From assembly GCA_012295275.1 (NCBI GenBank), contig CM022671.1, positions 16,616,001-16,680,000 on the forward strand: a stretch of DNA of 64,000 bases. The letters are read 5' to 3'. The position numbers and the translations under genes were made by a program. Shown here piece after piece: positions 1 through 35,867 of this stretch. The DNA comes from Chrysomallon squamiferum. Lineage: Eukaryota; Animalia; Mollusca. The first letter of the stretch is position 1; each line of letters begins with the position of its first letter. The notes under the pieces were generated by a model, which saw only the letters and a program-made list of their open reading frames with translations, was not told where the DNA came from and ran no database searches.

Positions 1-303
1 ACCTGACAAGCACTGTGAGAGTTACTGAATTACTTAGACAGACAGACAGGTGATATCAGTAGACCTGACAAGCACTGTCAGAGTTATTGAATTACTTAGA
101 CTGACAGGTGATATCAGTAGACCTGACAAGCACTGTCAGAGTTACTGAATTACTTAGACAGACAGGTGATATCAGTAGACCTGACAAGCACTGTGAGAGT
201 TACTGAATTACTTAGACAGACAGACAGGTGATATCAGTAGACCTGACAAGCACTGTGAGAGTTACTGAATTACTTAGACAGACAGGCGATATCAGTAGAC
301 CTG
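1..303. repeat. Minisatellite, 56-60 bp unit, about 5 copies
   Basis: Near-perfect repeats of acctgacaagcactgtgagagttactgaattacttagacagacaggtgatatcagtag. Confidence 0.95.
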
Positions 304-415
304 AGATTTGTCATGTAACAATACATGACTGACAGAAAACTAATTCAATTTGACATGTGTTTTAGATGTATCAACATACGTATGTGTGTGTGTGTGTATA
401 AGAAAGTGTTAGTCT

Positions 416-434
416 GAGAGAGAAAGAGAGAGAC

Positions 435-500
<66 letters not shown>
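416..500. repeat. (GA)n microsatellite
   Basis: Direct inspection. Confidence 0.9.
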
Positions 501-503
<3 letters not shown>

Positions 504-820
504 TAAGACTGTTTATATTTGTAAATCACTGATTCTGTGTGTGAGTGTGTGTGTGTGTGTGTTTTGTGTGTTTGTCCATGTATGTGTGTCTCTGTGAGTG
601 TGTCTGTGTATGTGGGTGTGTGTGAGGCAGAGAGTAAGAGTGTATAAATATGTCTTCATTTATACTAGTATATTACAGAAGGAAAGAAAAAGACTTGTAT
701 AAGAAAAATAATAACTATGTGCATATATGAAAGTGGCATTTTGCCCAGCAGGTGTATTTATGTGGTCAAGTACAAATGTAATGAGATAAATGATGCTCTG
801 TGTCTGTATTTGTCTGTCAG

Positions 821-22999
<22,179 letters not shown>

Positions 23000-23043
23000 G
23001 TCTCTGTGATATTTACTGTGATCATTTCTGAGATTATTATTCC

Positions 23044-23049
23044 AATAAA
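23044..23049 (+). terminator. Putative polyadenylation signal of the dynein gene
   Basis: AATAAA 45 nt after the TAA stop. Confidence 0.5.
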
Positions 23050-26000
23050 ACCCACTTGTTTATAGACTGGTGCAGCATGAATTATGAAAACCACTGGGTC
23101 AGTTTTTGTTAGTGCAGTTGTTGTTTTTTTGGATTCCGAAATATTACATCTATTATATTTGCTGGATCTGCTACAAATAGTTTAAAGTGAATTTTGAAAA
23201 TCTCTTACAGATTTAATCAGACTTTTTTGTTAGAGCAAGCTCAGATTTTTTCGTAAAACTACAAGTTTAATGGATTAATTTATATCTGTTTACGTGTTAT
23301 AGTTTAAACTTTAGCTTGTGTTAGATGTACATTTTTGTTTATTTGTGTCAGCACCAGAACTAACATCATATTCATTATATTTTATGTGTCTGTCATAAAC
23401 TAAGAAGAAATTCAGATGCATTATATAAATAATGAAATAGTGCTTTTGTCTTCTTTTTTTTATTTATATGTTTGGAAATATGAATATAATTTTTAAAAAT
23501 GTTTTTAAATAATTGCTTATATATAGTTTAGAAATAATTTACATTAATATCAAAATATCAAAAGCCATATAAAACATTTATGTTAATTTTTTTTAATTTT
23601 TTTTATTTTAGGAAGTAAAATTTAAATTAACAGTGTGCTTTTTTGTAATTAAACATTCTTTCAAATGGTATTATTATTTTTAATTTTTTTAATTTTTTTA
23701 TAATTGAGATACACAGAAGAATTTTTAATACTTTATTTATTAAATTTGTTTTGTTTACATCTTTATTTTTCTTTTCACTCACTACCTCACCTGTACAATT
23801 ATGAAATCAAACTAAAGATTTATTAGAATAATTTTAAATTTTTTTTTTTTTTTAAATATCATAGATCACAGAATAGATTACAAAAGAAATAGCACAAAAA
23901 TTCCCATGATAAAACTGTTAACATTGTAAATAGCAACAATGTTGAAGTATTTCAGGTTTAATTATTAGATTGAAGTTCAGTATTAATTATATTTTAGAAA
24001 TTAATAAATGTTTAAGTTATATGTTTTTCTAGATCAGAGAATGGTAAAACTGAAATTAAAAAAATAATAATAATAATAAAAAAAAAAGTATTTAGATCTG
24101 TAATGATTTTATAGGTTGTTGGGTTTTTTTCCTCTGGTTTTCTTTTTATTATACATTTTACATGTGTTATAATATTTACTGTTTTTAACATGTGCTAAAG
24201 TGAATTTTTGTTACTGTTCAAACGAAAAAATCCAGTCAGTTTGGCACTTAATAATTTTATAACATTTTAGTGGAACCTGTAGTATATAAATGTTATTATA
24301 TAAATAATGCTTACACAAGATTTGTTTTATTTGGCTACTAAATCCTTATTTTCATATTTGTATTTCACAAAGAATTTATTGCAGCTTGATTTATTTTATC
24401 TTTGTTTTAATCAGTAGCAGATTATTAGACTGTTAGTATGTTTTGTTAGATTTGTCCAGTATTTCAAACCACACATACATTTTGTTGCAAATTTTAATAC
24501 CTTTTCATTGTTTAAGCAATTAGTATTCAGCAGCAAGCCAAAATGTACATAAAATATTTACCTTTGTAATTTATTGACTGTTTTATTTTAGATATTTTTA
24601 GAAAATATTTCACCTCTATTACACTTCTTTTCTTTTTTGGTTGTAGTCTAAAAATGTATGTATTTATTGAAAATGTCCAATGTATTATATAATTTATATA
24701 ACAATAATTTTTTACTCCTTGTATTTTGAAAGACAGCAAAGTATATAAATTAGTCCATGACTGTAAATTAAAGAAGTCATTCATTGCCTGTGATACATTT
24801 TATAACTTTATCATATTGTTATAATGATGAAAATATTTTATAACTTTATCATATTATCAAAACGATGAAAATGTTTTTATAACTTTTATTGTATTGTTAT
24901 AACAATGAAAATGTTTTATATCTTCATCATTTTGTTATAATAATGAACATGTTTTATAGTAGTGATAATGAGTATCTTTATTTTGAATGCATGCATTAGT
25001 TTGTCCTTTTCAGCACCTATACATTTACTGTATTGTTTAAATAACATTACATCAGATAGACAATCTCTATACAGTAGCCTGTTTGAGATTCTTATCAAAA
25101 TATTGCATCTTTATGCATTCCAGCATCATCTCATGAGAAAACAGTGAACCTCATTACTATTAATTTATTTTAATATAAATGTTGAAATTAATACACATTA
25201 CACCAAGCACTGAGACAAGCATTCATAGTAATAAGTGTTGATAAAATTTTAAGTAGACCAATTTATTGCAATTTACTCATTGTTTTTTTAATTGATGTGC
25301 TGAAAATTTAATTTATTGTGCAAACTGATGTAAGCATAAACATTTTTTAATCCTTTTTACATTGTTAAACTACTTATTTTTATATTTATTACTATGAAAT
25401 AAAAATTATGCAATGATTTTGTTTTAGTTTTCACTGTTAGCTAACTCTAGATCAGAAATATAAACAAAAGATAAAGTTATTATTCATAGTTAATAACACA
25501 AATTTATTAGTGTTCAGAAATACATAGTGTGTGTAGAGAAGTATGTAGAGAAAGTAAGTTAGCTTTTCAAATTTGGTAAATACCAAAACTGACAAACCTT
25601 AACAGATTAAAATATTTTAAACATTTCACTTGTTCTTTACATGCACCAAAACTTCAGACTGATGCTGTTTCTTTTACTTATATATTAATAATCATAAGCT
25701 GAAGGTACAAATCACTAAATAATATATATCATGTCAATGTTTATAATTAAATTAACAAAAACTAAAATATTTTTAAAATGGATGTTATCCATTAATTCAA
25801 CAAACAACAAAATAAATTACTTCCATTGTCAAATAATAACTAAATTTATATTCCTTAATCTATTTTAAAATATAACAGAAAATTCTGAAATAGACAAATA
25901 TAAATAAATAAAAAAATAAAACATTTTCAGTTAAAATAGATTTTATTCTTCCATTTTTTTATTCATCATTTAGAATGAAAACAACTTGACAGATATAAAC

Positions 26001-26129
26001 AAAACGGTGAGGAGGAATATGATCAATGCAATTTCAAAATACATTAAGCTTTTGTGGTGAAATATCTTTAATGCCTCTAACCCATAATGAACATCAAAAG
26101 TTATGAACTATAAATGAATGATCTTCCTG

Positions 26130-28783
26130 TCATTTCTTGCCAGATTTTTTAATGCCACCTCCCGCTGAAAAAAACAAAAAATAAAATAAATATGTACACA
26201 AATTCAGGTTACTGGTAAAAAGAAAACATGAAAACAGAGCAACTAAAGAACCACATTTTCAAATAATTTAAACATGAATAGTTTACTTCTCAAAGTTTAT
26301 TCAGTGGAAGTACAGTGCACTCTGACTAAAAAAAGTAATCAGAAAAAGGCTGACTGTACTGATATATAATTAAAGCTATAATAATTTACTGTTTTCATTC
26401 AATTCACTGGAAGTATAGTATACACAAATATTCATATAATTACAATAAAAAATGTTTTTCTTAAAGGACAGACAGTTACAACACCAGAATTAGTATGTTT
26501 GAACTGAAGTTAGTAATATTAAAAAAATTCTGATACTAAATACTTTTCTAAAATATCATTCAAAAAATAATTATTGTTCTATATCCATCTGTAATATCAT
26601 TATTATTCTTCACACTGACAATACCTGTTTCTATGCCAAAAGGAAATGAGAGTTCTGCTGTTACAGATTTCAGTTTGTTATGTTCTAGTCTAGTTTGTAA
26701 CATGCGACTGTTTAACACATTCTGTACATCTGTTGATTATTTCTGGATCCAAGCTTCTGAATGGCAGTCTGTTACTGTGTAATCATTTATTTTATGACAA
26801 ATATTGTAACAAATCTGTGGATCCAGGACAAAACCCCCAAAGGAAAACCACAACAAATAAAGAAACAAACAAAAAAAAACACCAATAAAATAAAATAAAT
26901 AAATAAATAAAAATAAAAAGTGCTTCTGAATATGTGGATAAAACCCCCAACACACTTTAGCAAGATTTAGATGCAAACCAAGATTTTGGAATGACCAGAC
27001 TGACTTTGAATATATGTATGTACATAATTATGTGTGGCATCTGGTAATTTGTTTATTTTTTACCGAATGCTGTCACAATTTTAACTGCATATTTCAAAAT
27101 ATTTTATTACTAGGGAAGATAAAAATTGTTCATAATTATTACTTAAAGGTCCTTTCTGGGCAGCCTTTGCCTTCATTTCAGCCAAAGCTTTCTGTTCTTC
27201 CTTCTTTTTCTGTTTGAAAGCAGCATCTTCCTAAAAACAAAACAAACAAAACATATTTTCAGTAAACAAACATTTCAACTGCTATAAATTCTTTTACGTG
27301 AATAAAAATTAAAATAGTACTTAAAAAGAAAGAAATCTGTAGTTATACTGTTCTTATTTAAAGAAGCTCCAGTAAACAAGCAGAAGGTAAAAGTTAAGTA
27401 TTAACCATTAGAAACAAAAAATAATAGATATAACTGATACTCACATAATATATTATTGACAGAAGTCAGTGAGTTTGTATTTAGGTTTTAACAAGTTTAT
27501 TTTTAAATATATAAAACAATTTACTCATTACATCTTCATATGAAATAAGCATTTAAATGCAAAATCTATTTATTTATTATATATTTTTTAAATAGATATC
27601 GGAAGGGTGGGAATTAACACTGGTAGGATGAAAATTCACCTCCACCAGATGTCTGATTTTTTGTTTCCCCTGGTCTGTGCCACAAATAATTTTAGTTTCT
27701 TATGTAAGAAACATTCTTAAAAACTGAATTGCTGAAACTGTTCTCAAATGAACATCAAGCTGAAATATGTAAGAATGTCTCACCTCATCCACATCTCCTC
27801 TTTCTTTCTTTGGCTGTTTCAGCGGTTTCTTCTTACCACCTGAAAATATAAATTGTTATACATTTGTTTTTAATTTTCATCATCATCATCATTAGTTTTT
27901 AATTTATTAATTAATTTTTATATTTATTTATTTATAAATAATTAAAATATATAATTGTTTTTATTTCTATTGATGTAACATATTGGTTAGAACAATATCT
28001 GCAACAGAACATTTTATAATAATATTAACATCTTTAATTTTGCTACAAAAATTATCATTATCATTATTATTATTTATTTTTGTATTATTCATTAATTAAT
28101 TAATTTTTTAAAATTTATTTGTTCATTTATTTATAAATAAAATTAATAATTGTTTTCATTTCTATTATCATAACATAGTGATTAGAACAATATCTGCAAC
28201 TGCGCATTTTATAATAATACTAACATCTTTCAGTTTGCTACAAAAATTATTCATTTATTGTCACGTTTTTCTACATTTTTTTTTTATATTTTCCTTATTT
28301 CAAAACTGCATTAAAATTTGATAAATGTAAACCAGCAAGTCTATTATATAGCATGAAGATTTGGTAGCTTCATAAATGTGTGATTTTCTGTTTCGTCCAC
28401 TTAAAAATTATTTATTGACATTAGTGATGTCACATGGTATGGTAATTTCATAACCAAAATTTTATTTATTATTGGGATTTATTAAAACGTTTTACGCTGT
28501 GCATGAAACAGTTATGCAGGATTATATGTAAAGACTTGGATGGTGACGAAGAAAAGAAAAAAGAAAAAAAAAGAAAAAAAAACAATGAAAAAGAAAACAT
28601 TATTTAATCGTTATGTAATTTTGGATAAAATGGATACACATCATCATTCAGCGCGAAACTTGCCGAATACATTGGCCAAGTTAGGGAGAAATAATTTGTT
28701 AATTGATACTATAAATATATAATTATCTCACTGATGTTAAAACGTAGAAACATAATTTGATATTTACCTGCTCTTCCAGACAT
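26130..28783 (-). CDS. TMA7: Translation machinery-associated protein 7 (64 aa)
   Basis: Exons (-): 28783-28768, 27839-27784, 27230-27143, 26164-26130. Protein [64 protein letters not shown] with canonical splice sites and consistent phases. Confidence 0.95.
27880..28250. repeat. Tandem duplication of about 190 bp in TMA7 intron 1
   Basis: ttagaacaatatctgcaac...cattttataataata.taacatcttt...tttgctacaaaaattat occurs twice. Confidence 0.85.
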
Positions 28784-28870
28784 GACAACCGTTTAAATAT
28801 TTATGTAATTGAAAAAGTTATTATATACGGTTTTTTTTTTCAAACAAATTGTCAAGTTGTCTCCCTTTTG

Positions 28871-28880
28871 ACTTCCTGTT
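28871..28880. promoter_or_regulatory. ETS-like motif in the TMA7 promoter region
   Basis: ACTTCCTGTT about 90 bp upstream of the TMA7 ATG. Confidence 0.35.
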
Positions 28881-29992
28881 GTTGGATATGATGTGTTTCC
28901 CTCCGAAACTAAAGTTGAAAATTTCATAAAATCAAAGGACATTACCACATCCAACCAAATTTTGATGTCTAAGCATTATTAAAGAACTTTCGTTTTCTTA
29001 AAATAATGATAATAATAATGGTAATAATAATAAATAAATAAATAAATAAATTAATTAATTAACAAAATTATCAAAAGTTGAATTGGTATGTTTTCATCAT
29101 TTTCTTTATTTTGAGAGCTAAGGTCATGTTCGCAGACTTGTTTCAATCAAAGTTCTTCAGAATTAATTCCTATCAGCTGTTTTAATGTTTTTTTCAGTAA
29201 TGTCATTTACAGAGATTTTAACTTTGTTATTTTGTGAATGACATTGAATGAATTTAAGAAACACTGTTTTAGGCGACTTATCACTGCTCGTAGCAAACTA
29301 TACTTTTATTATTTTATTTTATTACCTTCTTATGTTGTTGTTGTTTTTGTTCTTTTATATTCATTTATTTTTTATTTATTTTTATTTTTTTTGTTTTGCT
29401 TTCGCCCCCCCCCTTCCTTGGTAAATAAAATTTCACACAATTTGACAAATGTATTATTAATAATATGTTAAATTGCAAGTATAATTACCTTTGATGTGGA
29501 TTTACTAATTATTAAAATTTTCAAATTATTAAATGCTTTGTAATCATTTTGTGCAACTTCATTTTAAAAATACTATTTCGTAAACAATAATATATAATAT
29601 CACATATATATTACTGGATGACGTCATAATAGACATAACGTCACTTGTTAGTAAAACGAAACGATCTTCGAGCAGATTATTTCAGAAACTAAAAATTTTA
29701 AATCAATCACGAGATGGGTGAATTTTATTCGAAACTATCATGTTTCCATAAACAAAGGACGTAAGTATCGCCTAGTTTCGAGTCACCACTCAGTTATATA
29801 AGTGGACTATCATCCATAACCCTGCCCATCCTTCTGCCCCCATCTTTAACTAATTATTAGAACTACTACTACTACGACTGCTGCTACTAAATAATAATTA
29901 TAACAACTGCAACAACAACATTATTATTGTTATTATTATTATTATTATTATATTTATGATAATAATCGCAACAGTAACAAAAAAATAGAAAG

Positions 29993-30029
<37 letters not shown>

Positions 30030-30229
30030 TTATTATTATTATTATTATTATTATAACAGAACAGTAACAAAAATATTAGAAAGACTACTATTATTATTAT
30101 TATTCTTTCTTAACTTTCTATGAACATTTTATCTTTTTTTTCTTTCTACAATTAGGTCACCTAAAAGATACAGAAAAGCCCCGTATCCTTCTTCTGATCA
30201 GTTAGACCTGGTATGATCATTCCATCTAC

Positions 30230-30560
30230 CTAACTGGCTTGCATCAGGAAATCGATGAGCCTCTAGATGTTGGTGTGAGATCCCGACACCTGATGAGAGA
30301 ACTTGCGATGCCGGACCTCTGTCTACGACTCAGTTGTACGGGGACCGTCGGTATCCTTGTGGAACATACGTGTTCGCCTTTAAGCCAGTATGTCGTCATA
30401 TAGTTTGTGAACAGGAGAACATCACTGGCGGCATCTTCCAGTGTCTGGAACCAGACATCGCTGACTAGTAACCTTCTTTATTATATAAAGGAAAGGCAGT
30501 TCTCAGTTCGTTCTGTGCAGCAATTGTGACTCAGGACTTTGATATCAGTGTCGTCGGGTC
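30230..30560 (-). mobile_element. Decayed Mutator-like (MULE) transposase fragment
   Basis: Minus strand, with stops and frameshifts: VSDVWFQTLEDAASDVLLFTNYMTTYWLKG / HKDTDGPRTTES*TEVRHRKFSHQVSGSHTNI*RLIDFLMQ, resembling the MULE motif F.DY....W....WNH...GPRTTNHLEGWH.K......HPNI..LI. Confidence 0.65.
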
Positions 30561-31514
30561 GCAAATGTACACCAGAAAGATAGCAACAAGAAGATATGTA
30601 AGAACATTAAGTATAGTTCACGTAAGACAGTGAGAACAAACAAATACCTATTCCATCTGATTGTTTTATATATAAATGTATAAATACGTGTCTACTAGTT
30701 CTTCTTTGTCAGTGGATACTGTTTACTCTCCGAGACTTAATTCTAAAGTTATGTGTGCCAGGATACAACGCTGCCTGTAAAGAGCATTCTTAAGGAAGTG
30801 AGAAAATTACTGTTTCTAATATCATAGATTGTCACTAGTTTTACATATATGCATACCATGAATAAATAAAACAAATCATTGGCATTTTGAAGTTTTTGTT
30901 ATTGTTATTTTACATTATATTCTGTTATGTCCGCTGTTATGTATATATGTATGTTTGTGTATGTTTGTATGTTTTGTAGTGTGTGTGTTTTTATTTATAT
31001 AAACTTTTCTTCATTCTTCTTCTTCAGAATCTACATGGCTGTCTGATGTTCGTTCTCATTAAATTTAAACTTCAGAAAATCTAAATGATGCATTCCTTTT
31101 TTTTGTTTCTTTGTGGTTATATTTAAAAATAATAATATATAAATTTTCCCCAGTACACATTTGCATTGTTACCAACGGGGATCTGCATATAATTACTGTT
31201 CATATATATAACTATTGTCTTTTCACAAAGCTGTGTAACTGATCCTGTAGGCATTCATATCATAACTGTATCTTAGTAATTTGTATGTGCAGTGTACATC
31301 GATTTGTTTCCCCATGTCCGTTCACCGACCACTTTTTAATTATTAAACCACTCGTTACGTTTGCCCGTATTAGCCTAATTAAAACATTTTATAAGTAGAA
31401 CAAAGGATATAAAATAAAATAAAGATATTAAACAAAACAGTCAATGACTATTATATTATTTATTCAATAAACTATTATAAGCTTTTTAACACTCAGGATT
31501 AAAACTAAACGATG

Positions 31515-31518
<4 letters not shown>

Positions 31519-31581
<63 letters not shown>
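31519..31581. repeat. (GA)n microsatellite
   Basis: Direct inspection. Confidence 0.95.
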
Positions 31582-31585
<4 letters not shown>

Positions 31586-32556
31586 CGTGCAAAGGACAAT
31601 TGTCAAGTTTTGGGGTTTTTTTTGTTTATGTTGTTGTTTTAATCTTTTGAGTAAGCAAATGTCCGTGATCAAATGTCCTAAAATCGTTACCATAATGGCG
31701 GTAAGTTCGATTCCGTACTACTATAAACCTCCGTTAAAAAGGTATGCTCTTATAATGCAATTGACACCAAGTATGCTGACTAAAGTACCAATAAGGTTTA
31801 AAGAAATACTTTAATTATCTTCGAAGGTAGATGGTCTGGTTTTTGAAAATTCTTCTGAGATGAAAACTGGTATGGTAATTTGAGGCAAAGTGAGAATTAC
31901 TTCACAAAAGTATTCGCTTTGTCCCATTCTAAAACTTCGACCACTTAAAACAGCGTAAAAACAATTTAGCTAGAACATACTGGTCAATGCATATTTTACA
32001 GCAAACGAGCATAACATCAGGTCCTGATTCTGGCATACCTAGATACAAGAGTTTTGTTCGTGACATCATTTCGTACAGACAATATTTTGAAATATTCACC
32101 AAATAATATCGACGAACTAAACTTTTCACTGATTTACAATCCGAAATAAACTACATGCTGATTTTATTAATTCATCCTCATCTTCATTATTTTTTTTGTA
32201 TTCGAAAGTTTCGACACAAGACTCATCCCTAAAATTATAATATCTAAATCAGTAACTCGGAAATGTCACATTTCGTTTTCATACCAAGATTATTGATCCA
32301 ATACGACCAAATCTCCATTGAACGCATAAATTCATACCGCTTTAGAGATATTTGAAACTAAACACTTTGAGAATAAATATTAAAACGAATTTATTTATAA
32401 TGCAAATCTAAGACCATTTGTTTTACAATACAAACAATACAAAATTATATACATATTCCAGTTAAATAGCTTTCCTGAAACGCTCCATTTGTTTTCATAA
32501 ATTATATCAAATATTAAGGGAACCAGTCTAGTTTTAGTTATCAGTCGAAAAAGTCA

Positions 32557-32677
32557 ACTTCCGTTTTTTGTGTTCAGAGCACGTTTGGTGGACGATTACT
32601 AGTTTTATGAATGTTGACATTACTTGCGATTTTTTTCATTTAAAGTAGAGACATACACAATAATTACAAAATGGCGG
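32557..32677 (+). promoter_or_regulatory. SNRPF proximal promoter: ETS-like ACTTCCG and YY1-like AAAATGGCGG overlapping the start codon
   Basis: acttccgtt at 32557; aaaatggcgg at 32668-32677; CpG-containing context. Confidence 0.45.
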
Positions 32678-33701
32678 TAAGTAATAGTAATTTTAAATCA
32701 GTACGAAACCTGTATAATATTTCTAATTATATTTATTAATTTAATTTTAGCCGCCTTACCGCTTCAGATAATAGAAAAAGAAACCATTTCATGAGTTAAA
32801 TAAAATCCAGATTTCAGAATTTGGCTAAAAGAAAAAGACCAGACTGTTTAAGATTTGTTTTTCTGTAGTAATAATAAATAGTGATAATGCAAAAGTAACA
32901 GTTAAATATGACTTGAAACACAAGTGAGACTCACACAAATCATTAAAATTAAATCATTTAATTAAATAGAATTATAGATAGTGTTTGAAACTGTTTTGTA
33001 AGCCTACTAATACTTGTAATAGTTACAGTAATATTCATAAAATGCATAATAATACTAATAAAACATGTCCAAATCTACATTAGTAGTACTGGATAGTAAC
33101 AGTAAAAGTATAGCGTAATTTATGTCAAAAAACCTTTAGCTTAAAAAGTTAAATTTATAAATAGTATAATTAAATACTAATTAATAACAATAATGACATA
33201 TCATATAGTGATATACTATAGTTTTCTGAATGTTCTATAGAATTTCCAGTTACCATGTTTTTACCATGCTATAGTATACAACTATCATACTATGCGATGT
33301 ATTGTCTGTTTATCAAGTTCATTATTATTATTAATTACATATAAAAATCATACAAAAGAACTTCTTTATATTAAACATTTACCAGAGCATTGCATAAAGG
33401 ATATATATATATAAACAGCTGGGTATTTGTTATAAAATAAATAAGTAAATAAATAAATAATAATAATAATGACAACTGAAAATATGTAATTATTTGATAC
33501 TAATAATTGTGTAGGTATTTATTATATAACATTTTATATTAAAATATATGATCTAATTTATTAATAGTAAAAAATGTTTTTATATCAAAATAAAAAATTA
33601 AAATTAAAATTGTAAGGCCAGAAGTAAAAATTTCAGTCAATACACTTTGGTATTTCACATTTACATTGATTTTAATAAACATGGGTTTTTTTACTTATTT
33701 G

Positions 33702-33738
<37 letters not shown>

Positions 33739-35052
33739 TTCAGACGCTGCCTATGAACCCAAAACCCTTCTTGAATCAGCTAACTGGCAAACCTGTGATG
33801 GTGAAACTGAAATGGGGAATGGAGTACAAAGGTTATTTGGTGTCTGTGGATGGCTACATGAATCTTCAGGTGACTATCTCAGTTTTAGAAATTCATTCTA
33901 CATGAAGAAACTATTTTAGACTCAGATTGTGAATTTTAAAACCAATTAATATTGTTATTTTGGCTTTAAATTAAATATAAAGAGTTTTCATAAACGATAA
34001 AAACAGGTTATTTAAAAAACAGAGAGCTTTTGTTATTTGTTTGAATATTGTACAAATTAAAACCCATGTTTTGCATGTGAAAAATTATATAATATTTCCA
34101 ATATATTATTCATTATTTGTTAACTGACTGTTTTTGAGTATTTTTAAAATTCTTTTGCTATATTAATAAGCTAAAAAGAAAACAGGAAATATGCACAGAT
34201 TTATGATTTCAGGCTAAATCTTTCTGAAATTAACATTCTCATAGAACTTCATTTTTTTTTTTTTTTTGGGAAATAAAATGTATAAGTCAGTGAAGTTATA
34301 ATGATAATATTTATTTATTTAAGTTGGCTAATACAGAAGAATACATTGATGGAGCACTGGCAGGAAATCTTGGTGAATGTTTGATAAGGTATTTATATTT
34401 TTAAACATTAGAACAACAGAACATTAACATAACTTTGAGCAAAAAGAATTTTAAGTGTCCATTGTTTTGTAATGAAAAATTAATTCTGCAGATCATTAAA
34501 TAATGTGTGGCTGTTTCAAAAATTATAATATTAATGTGTATTCTGCATCCAGCGTTATATTTAAAGAAAACTTGATGACTACCTAACCTATATAAACTCA
34601 TAATTGAGATGGATACCAATATTTTTAAGTTTTGTATATGTTACTTTGTCTTTGAAAATTTTTTTTTATTTATTTTTTTCTTTTTTTTTTCATTTTTGGT
34701 TTTTACAATCATTTCAAGGCCATTCATTTGAATGAACAATAATGTTTCTCTCCAGATCACTTCTTGAACAATAATGCTTCTTCTGGAGAGTTTATAATAA
34801 AAATCAGGTCCAGAAATGCAGATTACAAATATACTGACTAATATTTTTACATTATTTATTTAATATGATCATATTTTAATAATTTTACAGTATTTGACTG
34901 ATAAATTCTTCTAAAATTGTATAAGGTTGATTCTTATTGGTTTCTAACATATTTAACAAATAAACTCTTTGTTTTTGTATTGTAGATGCAATAATGTTTT
35001 GTATATTCGTGGAGTAGAAGAAGAAGACGAGGAAGGTGAAATGAAGGACTGA
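32671..35052 (+). CDS. SNRPF: Small nuclear ribonucleoprotein F (SmF), 87 aa
   Basis: Exons: 32671-32676 (ATGGCG|gtaagt), 33744-33869, 34324-34388, 34986-35052. Protein [87 protein letters not shown]; AATAAA at 35093. Confidence 0.96.
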
Positions 35053-35158
35053 AATATTTTTCTCTGTTTTTAATCATTGTTTCATTCTGTATAATAAACA
35101 CATCTCATAAACAACTGCTTGTTTTACCTTTCTTTATAGTGTATGTATGTATGTATGT

Positions 35159-35189
<31 letters not shown>

Positions 35190-35867
35190 GAAAATATTTT
35201 ACAGCATAGAAACTTGTTAAACATCCTGACAATAATCATATCAAAAGAACAGCTGTTCACAGTTTTCTTAAAGCAAACATTCTTATAATTAATTTTAAAT
35301 GTGATGTATGTGTATTTTTTTATTTTTTTTAATCCGAATTAGTCTTGAAAAAACTAAATTATTTTTTTGCTCTGAATTTCTTCAAATTATTTTATATCAG
35401 TGGCCAAATTCAGAAATTTAAAATTTTCTGAATTTATTTTATATGGTTGTTTTTTATTTATTGGTTGTTTTTTTATTTATTTATTTATTTTTTTTTTTAA
35501 ATACCATACAATCACTCAGTGGGCACATTTAAAACGATTTTCATTTTTTTTTTTTTTAAAGTGTGTGGGGAGGATTAATACTAAATAAAAGTAATATTTG
35601 TGGTGTTAAAGTTGAACATTAAATGGAAAAAATACGGATAACTGAGTCTTGTATGATGGGATTCGATGAAATGTGCCAGTAGTATTTTTATTCATCAAGT
35701 AAATTTTTACAAACGTCCGTAATAAACAAAGATGAGTATATGTATGTATAATAGAGAGCAGCTTAATGTTGCGAATGAATATAATCGATTTAAAGTCTAT
35801 CTATACGTATTTGTAGACTTGAATTTACCCGCGCTTAATATGTACCACATGACCAAGTTTTCAATTC

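Noticed and set aside
1-303. Regular repeats that might look like a CRISPR array (also 52076-52396, 59145-59760)
   Set aside because: Head-to-tail minisatellites without unique spacers, in eukaryotic introns, with no cas genes.
27600-27690. Hairpin in TMA7 intron 2 as a possible H/ACA snoRNA
   Set aside because: Single hairpin without a clear two-hairpin H/ACA layout; the flank agggtgggaattaacac looks like a DNA-transposon end fragment.
30288-30320. CTGATGAG, a hammerhead ribozyme core word
   Set aside because: No stem II followed by GAAA in the required arrangement.
30157-30468. Plus-strand frame with two in-frame TGA codons followed by a Cys-rich stretch, suggesting a selenoprotein
   Set aside because: The region is better explained as the antisense strand of a decayed MULE transposase; no selenoprotein family motif or convincing SECIS was seen.
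31929-32129. 66-aa minus-strand ORF upstream of SNRPF
   Set aside because: No recognisable domain or splice context; short enough to be chance.
34748-34790. 9-bp inverted repeat (ctctccaga/tctggagag) in SNRPF intron 3
   Set aside because: Short stem with no snoRNA boxes; explicable by local duplication or chance.
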